Below, in pieces: positions 47,584-56,582 of a DNA stretch of 58,239 nucleotides (the first letter of the stretch is position 1; each line of letters begins with the position of its first letter). The DNA is from a virus (lineage: Duplodnaviria > Caudoviricetes). The notes beneath the pieces are model-generated. The model saw only the letters and a program-made list of their open reading frames with translations. It made no database searches and had not been told where the DNA came from. A program made the position numbers and the translations under genes. The stretch is from IMG/VR virus record IMGVR_UViG_3300014208_000048, positions 1 through 58,239 of that record; one strand, written 5' to 3'.

Positions 47584-47837
47584 GCAAGAACACTCTGCGC
47601 AAGTGCATAGTCAAAGACCTTGGCTGGCTCACACGAAGAATGCGAAAGGTTACGCTCGCGTCGGTTGTAGCATCACTCAAGGACGATGGTAGCGGATATC
47701 TGATCGCTCGCTTCTCGGACGGCGTAGTATTCGTCGCGGACTTCGCCAGCTACGCAGTGCTCGTAAAATACTTTCTCAAAAAGAGAATGTTTAAGGGCGT
47801 GAACATAGAATACGCCAAAAATGAACCAATCACTTAA
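47565..47837 (+). CDS. Hypothetical protein, paralog of 42504..42791
   Basis: Degenerate palindrome + AGGAGG + ATG 47565. Confidence 0.7.
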   Translation: MATFWIGKNTLRKCIVKDLGWLTRRMRKVTLASVVASLKDDGSGYLIARFSDGVVFVADFASYAVLVKYFLKKRMFKGVNIEYAKNEPIT

Positions 47838-47849
47838 TAGGAGATCACT

Positions 47850-48134
47850 ATGAATATCGGGAAAGAAATCAATATCAACGGCGCGACATGCGTAGCCGTA
47901 GAATGCCTCCGCTTGGATATCGACAAATGCCTGAAAAAATTGGCAGGGAAGTATCCGCATGTATACCATCTCCGGCATGGCGATGCTAACTGGAACGAGC
48001 CGGCGACGGTAGAGAATTTTGCTGCAGTAAATTTTTTCGGAATACTCGCGTCGAAAAGTCCAATTAAAATGACGCACGGCGACTATACTCCACTAACCAA
48101 AAAAGAAAGGCAGATGATATGTTCTTCAATTTAG
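47850..48134 (+). CDS. LPD28-like (large polyvalent protein domain) protein
   Basis: YHLRHGDANWNEPATVE...VNFFGIL....PI. Confidence 0.65.
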   Translation: MNIGKEININGATCVAVECLRLDIDKCLKKLAGKYPHVYHLRHGDANWNEPATVENFAAVNFFGILASKSPIKMTHGDYTPLTKKERQMICSSI

Positions 48135-48466
48135 GAAATTTTATGCGTCGAATTAGCTTGCGACCGGGCAGACACTCCTCGGAAGCTCCGCCAACAAACC
48201 CGGTCGAGCAGCTCACGCCATCCGAGAAGAGGCGTCTCGACGAGCTTGGAAGTCTCTTCCATTACTCGCTTTGCGATGGTAGCGGGCGACCGATCAACGT
48301 TCGCATCGATGCCGGCAAACACGTGTGGTCGATACTCGAAAAGGAGCGCAAAAGGGTGCACCTCGGAGTGCCGATTGACCCGCAGAAACTCGATATCGCA
48401 CTGCGAAACGCGCAGGATTTTATCGAATACCAACACTTACTTTTAGGGGGAAAGCATGAACCGTGA
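48119..48466 (+). CDS. Hypothetical protein (start uncertain)
   Basis: ORF filling the operon gap. Confidence 0.5.
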   Translation: MFFNLGNFMRRISLRPGRHSSEAPPTNPVEQLTPSEKRRLDELGSLFHYSLCDGSGRPINVRIDAGKHVWSILEKERKRVHLGVPIDPQKLDIALRNAQDFIEYQHLLLGGKHEP

Positions 48467-48638
48467 ATTGCGAAAAAAACTCAATGGAACGTTTGAGTCG
48501 AAACGACTACAGCGTCGGCACGAACGAAAGCAAATGCTGTCTGACCGCAAGAGGAATTGGATCAACAGGTTTAAGACTCCTCCGCAGCGAGAATCAACAT
48601 TCTTGGAATTCATCTTTGGATTTCTATTCAAAAACTAA
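48456..48638 (+). CDS. Hypothetical basic protein
   Basis: GGGGG RBS; ends just before a palindrome. Confidence 0.45.
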   Translation: MNRELRKKLNGTFESKRLQRRHERKQMLSDRKRNWINRFKTPPQRESTFLEFIFGFLFKN

Positions 48639-48668
48639 CAGTAGGCACATGCCTACAGAAAGAAATAT

Positions 48669-49031
48669 ATGATTAAGTGCCATAAAGACACTCAAGTAAT
48701 CTGGAATCACGCGGACTTTCCGGGACTCAAAGCCGAACAAGCGACAATTCTTCGCATTGCGGCGAAGGGCGAACTTAATAAGCGCCTCGTTTTCGAGCGC
48801 CTCAAGCATCTCGCGGAGAACATCGCCACAAAAGTGATGGAATCAAACCCGGAGTTTGATCGATCGGACGTTATCGACTCAATCTGCCCTACGTGGGTAA
48901 AGGAATTGTTTGCGATCGAGTTCTTGCAGGACATGGGGCTGCACAACGATGAGTATCTCGCTCTTGCGAAAAATTATGTTCGCCGGACGCAGGAGAATGA
49001 TGATTTGGAGCAAATGTCGGAGGCCGCGTAG
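48669..49031 (+). CDS. Hypothetical protein (palindrome-led)
   Basis: GTAGGCACATGCCTAC 12 nt upstream. Confidence 0.65.
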   Translation: MIKCHKDTQVIWNHADFPGLKAEQATILRIAAKGELNKRLVFERLKHLAENIATKVMESNPEFDRSDVIDSICPTWVKELFAIEFLQDMGLHNDEYLALAKNYVRRTQENDDLEQMSEAA

Positions 49032-49032
49032 T

Positions 49033-49431
49033 ATGAGCAGGGACCTCAAGGAATTTGCGAAGGGAAGTAAGTCGCTACAGTTTTTGTTGCTCGGGACGAC
49101 CGAGGCGGAAAAAAAACTATTCTATGCTGGAGCAGAGCTGCAAAAGCAGCTAATGACGCAAGGCAAGGTATACGACACAGAGGTGAACAGATTCACCAAG
49201 ACTGAGGGCATTCGTGGAACGCATCTCGAATTTAATGAGGCGGCGATTCTAAGGCGGATCCTAACAGACAGAATCGAATACTTGAAAATGGTTGTTTCTC
49301 TGAATACGGAAACGAAAGCTATTACTGAATTAAGAGCCACGGTAAATATTTACGAAAAAGTCCTAGGAGATAAATATGGCGAAGTTCAAAGTGAGGCTAG
49401 AGATCGAGACTTCACGCAAAAACCTAGTTGA
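49033..49431 (+). CDS. Hypothetical protein
   Basis: GGAGG RBS before ATG 49033. Confidence 0.6.
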   Translation: MSRDLKEFAKGSKSLQFLLLGTTEAEKKLFYAGAELQKQLMTQGKVYDTEVNRFTKTEGIRGTHLEFNEAAILRRILTDRIEYLKMVVSLNTETKAITELRATVNIYEKVLGDKYGEVQSEARDRDFTQKPS

Positions 49432-49585
49432 CAAATACGGCGAAGGCGAGGTGAAGCAGACCGAAAGTCTCAATAGCGGAGAGCTAAGCATCGGAGATCT
49501 GATGGATTTTATTCACGCTGAACTCGGATGGGCCATCCCGTCGTTCGATGGGATGGAAATTAAATCGTGTAAAGAAATTAAATAA
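49376..49585 (+). CDS. Hypothetical protein
   Basis: AGGAG RBS. Confidence 0.55.
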   Translation: MAKFKVRLEIETSRKNLVDKYGEGEVKQTESLNSGELSIGDLMDFIHAELGWAIPSFDGMEIKSCKEIK

Positions 49586-49631
49586 TATTTTTTTGCGAAA
49601 TGCCATATAACACAAACGCTAAGGAGATAAT

Positions 49632-49988
49632 GTGAAGACAAAAGTTAAGATAACGTCGGTAGACGGAATAAAAATGATCCATCTCGCAGGAGAACGGGGC
49701 GGAATCGGCTCCATCAGCGCTATGAACGTTGACGACGTGAAGGCAATATTTGGACGTGTCTTTCCGCCGTCAGAGGGCTTAGGCCTATTGATCGTGTCTA
49801 AGCGGAGAATGGCTGGATCGATTGAATTTGTAGTGATGCAAAGTCCGAAAAAAGGCATGTATGGATACACCGATAACAAAGACATCATTCTTCCATGCCA
49901 AAAGTATTCTAAAAAAATATTCGGCAAAACTCCCGAGATTTACGATACGTATCACGTGAGATTCGAGAAAATGGAGAAGAAAAAATGA
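49632..49988 (+). CDS. Hypothetical protein, tandem paralog 1 of 3
   Basis: MKTKV...LIVSKRRMAG...PCQKYSKKIFG..P...YHVRFEK. Confidence 0.75.
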   Translation: MKTKVKITSVDGIKMIHLAGERGGIGSISAMNVDDVKAIFGRVFPPSEGLGLLIVSKRRMAGSIEFVVMQSPKKGMYGYTDNKDIILPCQKYSKKIFGKTPEIYDTYHVRFEKMEKKK

Positions 49989-50362
49989 AAACAAAAGTAA
50001 GATTTACGAGCGGCTATCTATTTGGTAGGGTGACGTTAGACCGGAAATACCCTAGACTCGACAGTCATAATTCGTTTCCGATTAACGTTTTCAATAAGAT
50101 CATGGGCGAGTCCTGTGGTGTTGGGGACTCGGGCATCTTAATTGTGTCAAGGAAACAGATGGCTGGCGCTACAATAATACGGATTGTGAGCCCCGGCGAT
50201 GTGCAGAACTTCGGCCGAGCGGACGCCTTGCTGCCGACCGGCAAGAATGTCTACAGCGAGTGGATACCGTGTCCGAAATACCAAAAAATTCTCTTCGGAT
50301 TCGCTCCGCGCATAGGAACAGTTTTGTATGTGAAATTTGAGAAGACGAAGGAGAAAAAATGA
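49985..50362 (+). CDS. Hypothetical protein, tandem paralog 2 of 3
   Basis: MKTKV...LIVSRKQMAG...PCPKYQKILFG..P...LYVKFEK. Confidence 0.75.
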   Translation: MKTKVRFTSGYLFGRVTLDRKYPRLDSHNSFPINVFNKIMGESCGVGDSGILIVSRKQMAGATIIRIVSPGDVQNFGRADALLPTGKNVYSEWIPCPKYQKILFGFAPRIGTVLYVKFEKTKEKK

Positions 50363-50733
50363 AAACAAAAATCAAGATTGTAGCGATGGACGAAATACAC
50401 TGTATGGGGGCCGCATTAGCCCGGTGTCGCGGACCGTTTAACGTCTGGAACACAATGCCGATTGAAGACGTTGATGTGCTATTCCCGAGGTGCTGGCCGT
50501 TCACAATCGGGGAAACGGCGATCGTTACCGTGTCCAAGCGAAAGCTGGTCGACAGTGAACGCATAAATGTCCTTGTTGCGCCGCTAAAAAATTGCCGCGG
50601 ATACGCAGGAAGGAGTGATGGCGCAGTAGCCAGCATACCGTGCTCAAGATATTCAAGAGGGATTTTCGAAGGGGCCCCAAAGAGGGGGTCAACATACTAC
50701 ATCAAATGCAAAGTCTTGAAGGGTAAGAAATGA
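50359..50733 (+). CDS. Hypothetical protein, tandem paralog 3 of 3
   Basis: MKTKI...VTVSKRKL...PCSRYSRGIF...P...YYIKCK. Confidence 0.75.
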   Translation: MKTKIKIVAMDEIHCMGAALARCRGPFNVWNTMPIEDVDVLFPRCWPFTIGETAIVTVSKRKLVDSERINVLVAPLKNCRGYAGRSDGAVASIPCSRYSRGIFEGAPKRGSTYYIKCKVLKGKK

Positions 50734-51104
50734 GCAACGTAGAGAAAATTGTAAAAATCAACTTGCTCGGAGCGGCGGAGCGCTGGCATCGGTATCACCC
50801 GAAAGTGTTCCCTAGCGCCTTAATCACGGATGGCATAGTTTTTCTGCTGAACGAGGCGAGACTTACGGCGGTGATCGACATTATCCTTAGCTCTCAGTCA
50901 CACCCGGAGTTTAAGGGTAAATGGAAACAGCAATGGATTTTCCAGAAAAATGAAGATTCATCATGGTCAATCCTGTGGCAAAACGGCATGACTCAAGCCG
51001 TTATACACACTGGAACATATACGGACATTCCTCTCGACAGAGTAGAGATGATGCTCTTGCGAGGGGCGAACGAACACGTGGTAATGCTTCCCAACGAATT
51101 ATAG
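50730..51104 (+). CDS. DUF6876-like protein, divergent copy
   Basis: FP..LITDG...DII.S.Q...QQW...YTDIPL...VMLPNEL. Confidence 0.7.
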   Translation: MSNVEKIVKINLLGAAERWHRYHPKVFPSALITDGIVFLLNEARLTAVIDIILSSQSHPEFKGKWKQQWIFQKNEDSSWSILWQNGMTQAVIHTGTYTDIPLDRVEMMLLRGANEHVVMLPNEL

Positions 51105-51112
51105 GAGGAGTA

Positions 51113-51493
51113 ATGAACGCCGCCGAACTAAAGAATAGTCTCGCGCAGTTTTCTGGATCGGAAAGATTCACAAAATATTCCCAGGCGCTGTTTCCAAAAA
51201 CAGTTATCACTGAAGGTGTCCTGTATCTCGCGGAGAAAGCTGGCTGCTATTGGCTCTTAGACTTAATTTCAAGCTGGCAGTCGGACTCAAGGGTCTCGGC
51301 GGAATCTTTTCAGGTCTGGAAACTCAGCAAGGATGACGACGGAGAATGGTCCGTGGTGTTTGGAGACGGGAATAATGATAAGGACTTCGTGATTCAAAAT
51401 GGCGAATTCACGGATTTCCCACTCGGATCCATGAAGCTGTTCGCTGTCAACGATGGAGAAACGCTAACGATTCTTTTACCACAAGAATATTAG
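51113..51493 (+). CDS. DUF6876-like protein
   Basis: LAQFSGSE...TEGVLYLAEKAGCYWLLDLI...FQVWKL...DGN...FTDFPL...LLPQEY. Confidence 0.8.
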   Translation: MNAAELKNSLAQFSGSERFTKYSQALFPKTVITEGVLYLAEKAGCYWLLDLISSWQSDSRVSAESFQVWKLSKDDDGEWSVVFGDGNNDKDFVIQNGEFTDFPLGSMKLFAVNDGETLTILLPQEY

Positions 51494-51502
51494 GAGATCA
51501 AT

Positions 51503-52144
51503 ATGGAAGCACTGCATACAGAAGTATACAGAGGTAGCACGATCAATATCTATCCGGACGATGATCCGATGAACCCGGTTGAGAACTGGGACATGCTCGG
51601 AACATTCACGTGTTTTCACAGAAGGTATGATTTGTCGTGCAAGAAAAACAAGATAAAGTCGCCGAATGAATTAAGGGAGACTATAAATAAACGAAACGTG
51701 ATCTCCCTTCCGCTGTATCTTTACGATCACTCTGGGATCACTATCTCGACGACACCATTCTCGTGCCGATGGGATAGCGGGCAACTCGGTAACATCTGGT
51801 GCACTATTGGCGACGCTCGGAAGGAGTTCGGACGAAAGTTAAGTTCGCAGGAGCTGGAGACGAATGTGTATGAAGTATTCGTGAATGAAGTGAAGAGCTT
51901 CGACGACTATTTGCGCGGAAATTGCTATGGGTTCAAAGTCGAAGACGTGTGCACGGACGAAGGTGAACCGAGTGAAGTGGATAGCTGCTGGGGCTACCTT
52001 GGCGACATGGAGTATTGCCTTGACGAGGCCCGAGGGGTAGCGAACCATAGGATTATGCGACGAATTAAATCGATACGAACAGAACGAGCTGTAATGCGGG
52101 CCACTGGAACGTTCGGATACATTCCGCAGGCGGCGATTATATAA
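51503..52144 (+). CDS. Conserved-looking mobile-element hypothetical protein
   Basis: CFHRRYDL, LPLYLYDHSGITIST, WDSGQLG, DSCWGY. Confidence 0.75.
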   Translation: MEALHTEVYRGSTINIYPDDDPMNPVENWDMLGTFTCFHRRYDLSCKKNKIKSPNELRETINKRNVISLPLYLYDHSGITISTTPFSCRWDSGQLGNIWCTIGDARKEFGRKLSSQELETNVYEVFVNEVKSFDDYLRGNCYGFKVEDVCTDEGEPSEVDSCWGYLGDMEYCLDEARGVANHRIMRRIKSIRTERAVMRATGTFGYIPQAAII

Positions 52145-52168
52145 CCGGCAATCCTTATAGGTGACAGT

Positions 52169-52450
52169 ATGAGCTTGAGATTAAGCGGAACTGCTATTAA
52201 GAAGGAACTCGCTGAGTTCAAAGAATTAAAGACGAAGCTCCGAGATAGACATCTTAACCGGCAAGATCAACTGAGATATGGTGAGCTTGCCCTACTATTC
52301 GCCGTCGTTGTGGCGACAAACAATATTTGCGGTCAGCCGCACATTCGTAGGAATATACCTACAGGAGATCAAAATGAAACACGTATTTCCAACATTCGAC
52401 GAAGTTGCACACATATTCAACACCCAGCGACTAGAGCCCGCGCGTTGTAG
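52169..52450 (+). CDS. Hypothetical protein
   Basis: AGGTG RBS; 3' end overlaps palindrome and next gene. Confidence 0.4.
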   Translation: MSLRLSGTAIKKELAEFKELKTKLRDRHLNRQDQLRYGELALLFAVVVATNNICGQPHIRRNIPTGDQNETRISNIRRSCTHIQHPATRARAL

Positions 52451-53375
52451 GAACGGCTTCATTGAAGACGGGATAATCTACAGCTACGGCAGACATTTTC
52501 CGGTAGCAAAGTTTCACAAGAATAAACGCGGTGAGGTTGTGCTTGTTACGGATCGAACATATTCAAACACGACCCGCGATCACATAGGTAGCGTATTGAA
52601 CGCGGTGTCGAACCGGGAGATTATCAGATGCGGTGATGTCGATATCGAAGATAAATATTCGAGAGGGAAACACAAAAAGCAGCTTTCCGCATTCCAAACA
52701 GAAATTAACAATCTAGCCATCTTTACGGCTAGGGCGCGAACGAGCTTCGATTGGAAGCTGGATAGGCTGAATTCTTATGTTGCAAACGCGAATAAGTATT
52801 CAGAACACTTTGGCCTGAAGAAAAAATTCAAATCGTTCGACGAAAGCGAAGTTGCAAAGCTGCTTGAGAAAAATAAAGCGGTAATGGCCAAGGAGCGGGA
52901 GAAAGAGAATAAACTCATCAAAATCGGGAAGCAACTTGCCCCGAAATATCTTGCCCTATGGAGAGCCGACCTCAAGATTCCGGAGGAGCTCGCCGACGAG
53001 TATCGCAAGTATTCAGAATACATCCGGAAAGAGATAGACTCTCTCGGTCAATTACTGAGATTGAGCACGACGAGTCCGGGCACTGTTCAGACGTCGAAGC
53101 ACGCCGACTTCCCACTGTCGCACGGGGTTCTCGCTCTGAAATCTATTTTGGCGAGCAAGGAAAAATCGCAGGAGTGGGTAACGAATGGACACTCTATTCA
53201 TCTCGGCAACTTTGTTATTGATAAGATTGATCCAAACGGCGACGTTCACGCCGGCTGTCACTTCGTAACGTTCAATGAGATAGAATTGTTTTCGAAATCG
53301 ATCGGATTGCTTAACGAAGACGGGACGATCAATCGCAAATTCACTGTTCAAAAACAAGAAGAAGTGGAGGCTTAA
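52374..53375 (+). CDS. Hypothetical phage protein (palindrome-led)
   Basis: Palindrome + AGGAG + ATG 52374; IYSYGRHF, YSNTT..H, VQTS.HA..P, AGCH motifs. Confidence 0.8.
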   Translation: MKHVFPTFDEVAHIFNTQRLEPARCRNGFIEDGIIYSYGRHFPVAKFHKNKRGEVVLVTDRTYSNTTRDHIGSVLNAVSNREIIRCGDVDIEDKYSRGKHKKQLSAFQTEINNLAIFTARARTSFDWKLDRLNSYVANANKYSEHFGLKKKFKSFDESEVAKLLEKNKAVMAKEREKENKLIKIGKQLAPKYLALWRADLKIPEELADEYRKYSEYIRKEIDSLGQLLRLSTTSPGTVQTSKHADFPLSHGVLALKSILASKEKSQEWVTNGHSIHLGNFVIDKIDPNGDVHAGCHFVTFNEIELFSKSIGLLNEDGTINRKFTVQKQEEVEA

Positions 53376-54020
53376 ATGGGAATGAATCTATACCTCAACG
53401 TGTCAGATGCTTGGCATTCAAAACTTTCGGGGAGGAAGATCGAAAAACTGTTTAAGAGTCTCAAGATCGATGAGGACCTCTGCCGGCTGAAGACAAACAT
53501 AGCTTCAGGCATCAATAAGTCGCTAAGGTTTATCGAAATCGAAGTCGCCGATGAAACGGGTTACGGAGGATATCCGATGCTAAAGATTAAGGAGTTCATT
53601 CAGAAGACGATACTCCCAGGAAACAGTGTGGAGCTGCTGTTGACAAGTAGCGCTGACGGCTGGGAGAAATGGGAGATATCGTCTGACGGGGCGCGTGAAT
53701 ACGAGCGCGTAGAGCGTATCGCGCACGGTGACGCAACCGAGGATGAACTTCTCGGGGAAATAGGCGAGCTCTACAAGAAGCTCGACGAAAAGTTCCCGCT
53801 TTCGCGCATCGGAAGAAATTCGTGGGGGAAAACAGATGTGGAGGCCATGCTTCAGCAGGCCGAACTGCCAACAACTCAGAAAAATATGACGCTCGCTGCC
53901 GAGATTCTGCAGGTCTACATGGATTACCGCGACCTAAGTTATGAATTCAATACTGTCGTCGACACGATTACAGCCTCGAAGAATAAGTTCGAGAAGAAGG
54001 GACGCAAAAATGCCAAATAA
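53376..54020 (+). CDS. Hypothetical protein
   Basis: GGAGG RBS. Confidence 0.7.
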   Translation: MGMNLYLNVSDAWHSKLSGRKIEKLFKSLKIDEDLCRLKTNIASGINKSLRFIEIEVADETGYGGYPMLKIKEFIQKTILPGNSVELLLTSSADGWEKWEISSDGAREYERVERIAHGDATEDELLGEIGELYKKLDEKFPLSRIGRNSWGKTDVEAMLQQAELPTTQKNMTLAAEILQVYMDYRDLSYEFNTVVDTITASKNKFEKKGRKNAK

Positions 54021-54696
54021 ATTACATTTCGACCCAACAGAGCTTACGTCTGAAAAGTCGGACATACTGAGGACGGCCTTACGTAGCATGAAAAATGCGC
54101 CGCTGCTCGATGTTGATATTCCTGAGAATTTCGACTCTGAACTCGGCGCGCTAAGAGAGTGCGAAGGCGATGTGCCGGAGGAATATACTGGCAGCGATCA
54201 CCTGGCGACAGTTAAAGCTAAGATCGACACATATGCCGACCTCCTGTCATCATTCGCGAGCATCGCATCCTTCAGGATGCTGGCTTTCAATGCCGTGGTA
54301 TCCCCGAGCGAAGGCATGTCGGAAATGATTTTAAGCGTAGGGGATACGATCATCTATAGATTTCTGTTGTCTGCGCGAGGGCTTGAATTCGCCGGCGTGA
54401 CAGACCTTTACGACAGACTTGTTTCCGATACCGAGAAGCTCATGGAGAATGTTGATAAAAAATCGGCAATATTTGTAGTGAAGATGCTCGGCGGCGTCAG
54501 GCATTCCTCGCTGCACTCGGACATTCTCTCGGCCCTGCAGATGATTTCAGAGCTGTCCGCCCAGGCGACGAGAGTGAATACGCCGATCGAATACGCAACG
54601 TTCGTATCCAGGGTGTCGAGCGGAAATTTCGAGATTGAATCATACGCAACACAAAGCGGAATATTGTCCATCGAACAATTTAAGAGGAAGCTGTGA
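54010..54696 (+). CDS. Hypothetical protein
   Basis: AAGGGA RBS before ATG 54010. Confidence 0.65.
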   Translation: MPNKLHFDPTELTSEKSDILRTALRSMKNAPLLDVDIPENFDSELGALRECEGDVPEEYTGSDHLATVKAKIDTYADLLSSFASIASFRMLAFNAVVSPSEGMSEMILSVGDTIIYRFLLSARGLEFAGVTDLYDRLVSDTEKLMENVDKKSAIFVVKMLGGVRHSSLHSDILSALQMISELSAQATRVNTPIEYATFVSRVSSGNFEIESYATQSGILSIEQFKRKL

Positions 54697-55055
54697 AAAA
54701 TGTCATCGTATTATTCTTGAAATGGACCGCGTTCACGGCAATCGTCGTCCCGTGCGTGTCGATAGTAATATACCTATCAGTTATCGGCCTAGCCTCAATT
54801 CAGAGCGAGGACGAACACGGCGCGATCGGTTACTACACAATGCACGACGAGACGATCGGCGGCAGGAAATATATTATATTCGTCGGCTCTAATGGCGGAG
54901 TATATGCCATGGAAAAACGCGGAAACGTTTCACGAAAACCTAAACCAAAAACACAGGAGACGCATGAAAGCTTCGAAAACAAATCCGATGCTGCCGGAGT
55001 TCTGCTTCGGGCTGCTACCGTCGGACAACAGCGTGATAGCAATCAAACACGGTGA
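54693..55055 (+). CDS. Hypothetical membrane protein
   Basis: N-terminal TM segment, GTGA overlap. Confidence 0.5.
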   Translation: MKNVIVLFLKWTAFTAIVVPCVSIVIYLSVIGLASIQSEDEHGAIGYYTMHDETIGGRKYIIFVGSNGGVYAMEKRGNVSRKPKPKTQETHESFENKSDAAGVLLRAATVGQQRDSNQTR

Positions 55056-55323
55056 GCTCGGATACATCAGAAAAAATAGGCAGGAAATCGAGATGGCGTT
55101 TAAGATTGCCGGAGTCGCCGACAGCCTCGTTAATGACGACCCGAGTGCCGCCGTGGATGCACTCAATCTGGCCATTGGAGTTACAAGGCAAATGCGATCA
55201 GCCATGGAAATTGGCAGCATGTTCGGCTGGGATATACCAGGCGCGAACCCATCTACATACAAAGAAGATGGGTGTCCGATTCCAAGGGATGAGGTCACTT
55301 TTTCCGAGGCTTTTCGATGCTAG
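54964..55323 (+). CDS. Conserved-looking mobile-element hypothetical protein
   Basis: AGGAG RBS; LPEFCF...IKHGELGY...AMEIGSMFGWDIPGANP. Confidence 0.7.
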   Translation: MKASKTNPMLPEFCFGLLPSDNSVIAIKHGELGYIRKNRQEIEMAFKIAGVADSLVNDDPSAAVDALNLAIGVTRQMRSAMEIGSMFGWDIPGANPSTYKEDGCPIPRDEVTFSEAFRC

Positions 55324-55383
55324 GGTTTGACTTGACAAAATGGCGCTTATTGGCTTAATTGATATCATCAAAAAAGGAGCAAT

Positions 55384-55668
55384 ATGACAGCCAATGTGTA
55401 TTTTAATTCAGACGAATTTTTGGCCTCAATTAGGGACGTCAATAATCCGACGTATAAAGACATACTAGAGCAAGCGTATCTGGAGCCCGGAGATGGAGCC
55501 GATAAGGCTTCGGTCCTACGATCATCGATCTACTCGGTTGACGGAGAGAATGCGATAGTGGGCCCAGAGAAAAATGTCGATATCGATTTCCTGATAACCA
55601 AGGAAGGCGGACTAGTGTTTCGCCGGAAGGGGGAGCAGGGCTTCAAAATGTTCCTGGAGTTAAAATGA
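55384..55668 (+). CDS. Hypothetical protein
   Basis: AAGGAG RBS; TTGACA at 55332 upstream. Confidence 0.6.
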   Translation: MTANVYFNSDEFLASIRDVNNPTYKDILEQAYLEPGDGADKASVLRSSIYSVDGENAIVGPEKNVDIDFLITKEGGLVFRRKGEQGFKMFLELK

Positions 55669-56582
55669 ACGAATTAATTGTGCGCGAGGAGTATAGCGCC
55701 ACCATTGTAGAGAGAGATGTTCTCTCAATGTTTCTCGGCCAACTCACGCCAAACACTCGCAAGGCATACGAGAAAGACATACTGCAGTTCTGTGTATTGA
55801 TAGGCTGTCCGAAGGAGAATCTTCACGGGCTCCCCGCCGGCGATCTATTTGAATATGGAACCAGGTTCGCAAGGGATGACAGGTATTCGACTGCCTCCAG
55901 GGCGAGGCGGTTGTCGTCTGTGCGAAGCTATCTGCAGTTCCTATGCAGCATCGGGATCCTCTACAGGAACCCGCTTGAGAACGTCTCCACCGCAAAGGTG
56001 AAGAACAAGAGAAAGGATATTCTATCAGACGAAGATGTGGAAAAAATATTCAAATCTATTAATACCAGCACAAGGGCTGGTGCGAGAGATTTTCTCGCTC
56101 TTCTCCTTCTGGTTGAACAAGGACTGCGAAGAAACGAAATCCTCTCCATCAAATATGGAGATATTACAAAAAATGTGGAGGGACGAACAGTCGCAAAGGT
56201 TACACGCAAAGGAGATAGAGACGATGAAAGACCGCTCTCTCGCAGATCGATCGAAGCGATCGAACGTTGTAAAGAGCTTGACGGCCTAACGGTCGTCAGC
56301 CCAGGGACTCACATCATTAGAAATAAATTCGGTAACAGAATGTCGGGCCAAAGGCTCTTCGAGATTATTAAGGAATACGCCAGAAAATCCGGAATAGAAA
56401 AAGAGATTTCCCCGCATTCGTTCAGGCACTACGCCATCACGGACGCCGCAAAGGTAGAGGATAGTGTCCCAAAATTAATGCAGTTTAGCGGTCATCAGAG
56501 CGCCTCAACACTTGGGCGATACATTCACTTTAAGAATACTGAGGCCATAACGTCAATCCAGGAAAAGAGAGGTATACATTGA
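55665..56582 (+). CDS. XerC/D-like tyrosine recombinase with intact catalytic set
   Basis: NTRKAY..DI, ARRLSSVRSYL, GLRRNEI, RKGD, SPHSFRH, SGHQSASTLGRY. Confidence 0.93.
   Translation: MNELIVREEYSATIVERDVLSMFLGQLTPNTRKAYEKDILQFCVLIGCPKENLHGLPAGDLFEYGTRFARDDRYSTASRARRLSSVRSYLQFLCSIGILYRNPLENVSTAKVKNKRKDILSDEDVEKIFKSINTSTRAGARDFLALLLLVEQGLRRNEILSIKYGDITKNVEGRTVAKVTRKGDRDDERPLSRRSIEAIERCKELDGLTVVSPGTHIIRNKFGNRMSGQRLFEIIKEYARKSGIEKEISPHSFRHYAITDAAKVEDSVPKLMQFSGHQSASTLGRYIHFKNTEAITSIQEKRGIH

Noticed and set aside
41359-56582. Classical integron with attC cassettes
   Set aside because: No RYYYAAC...GTTRRRY long imperfect hairpins seen between genes, and no obvious IntI-specific insertion in the recombinase.
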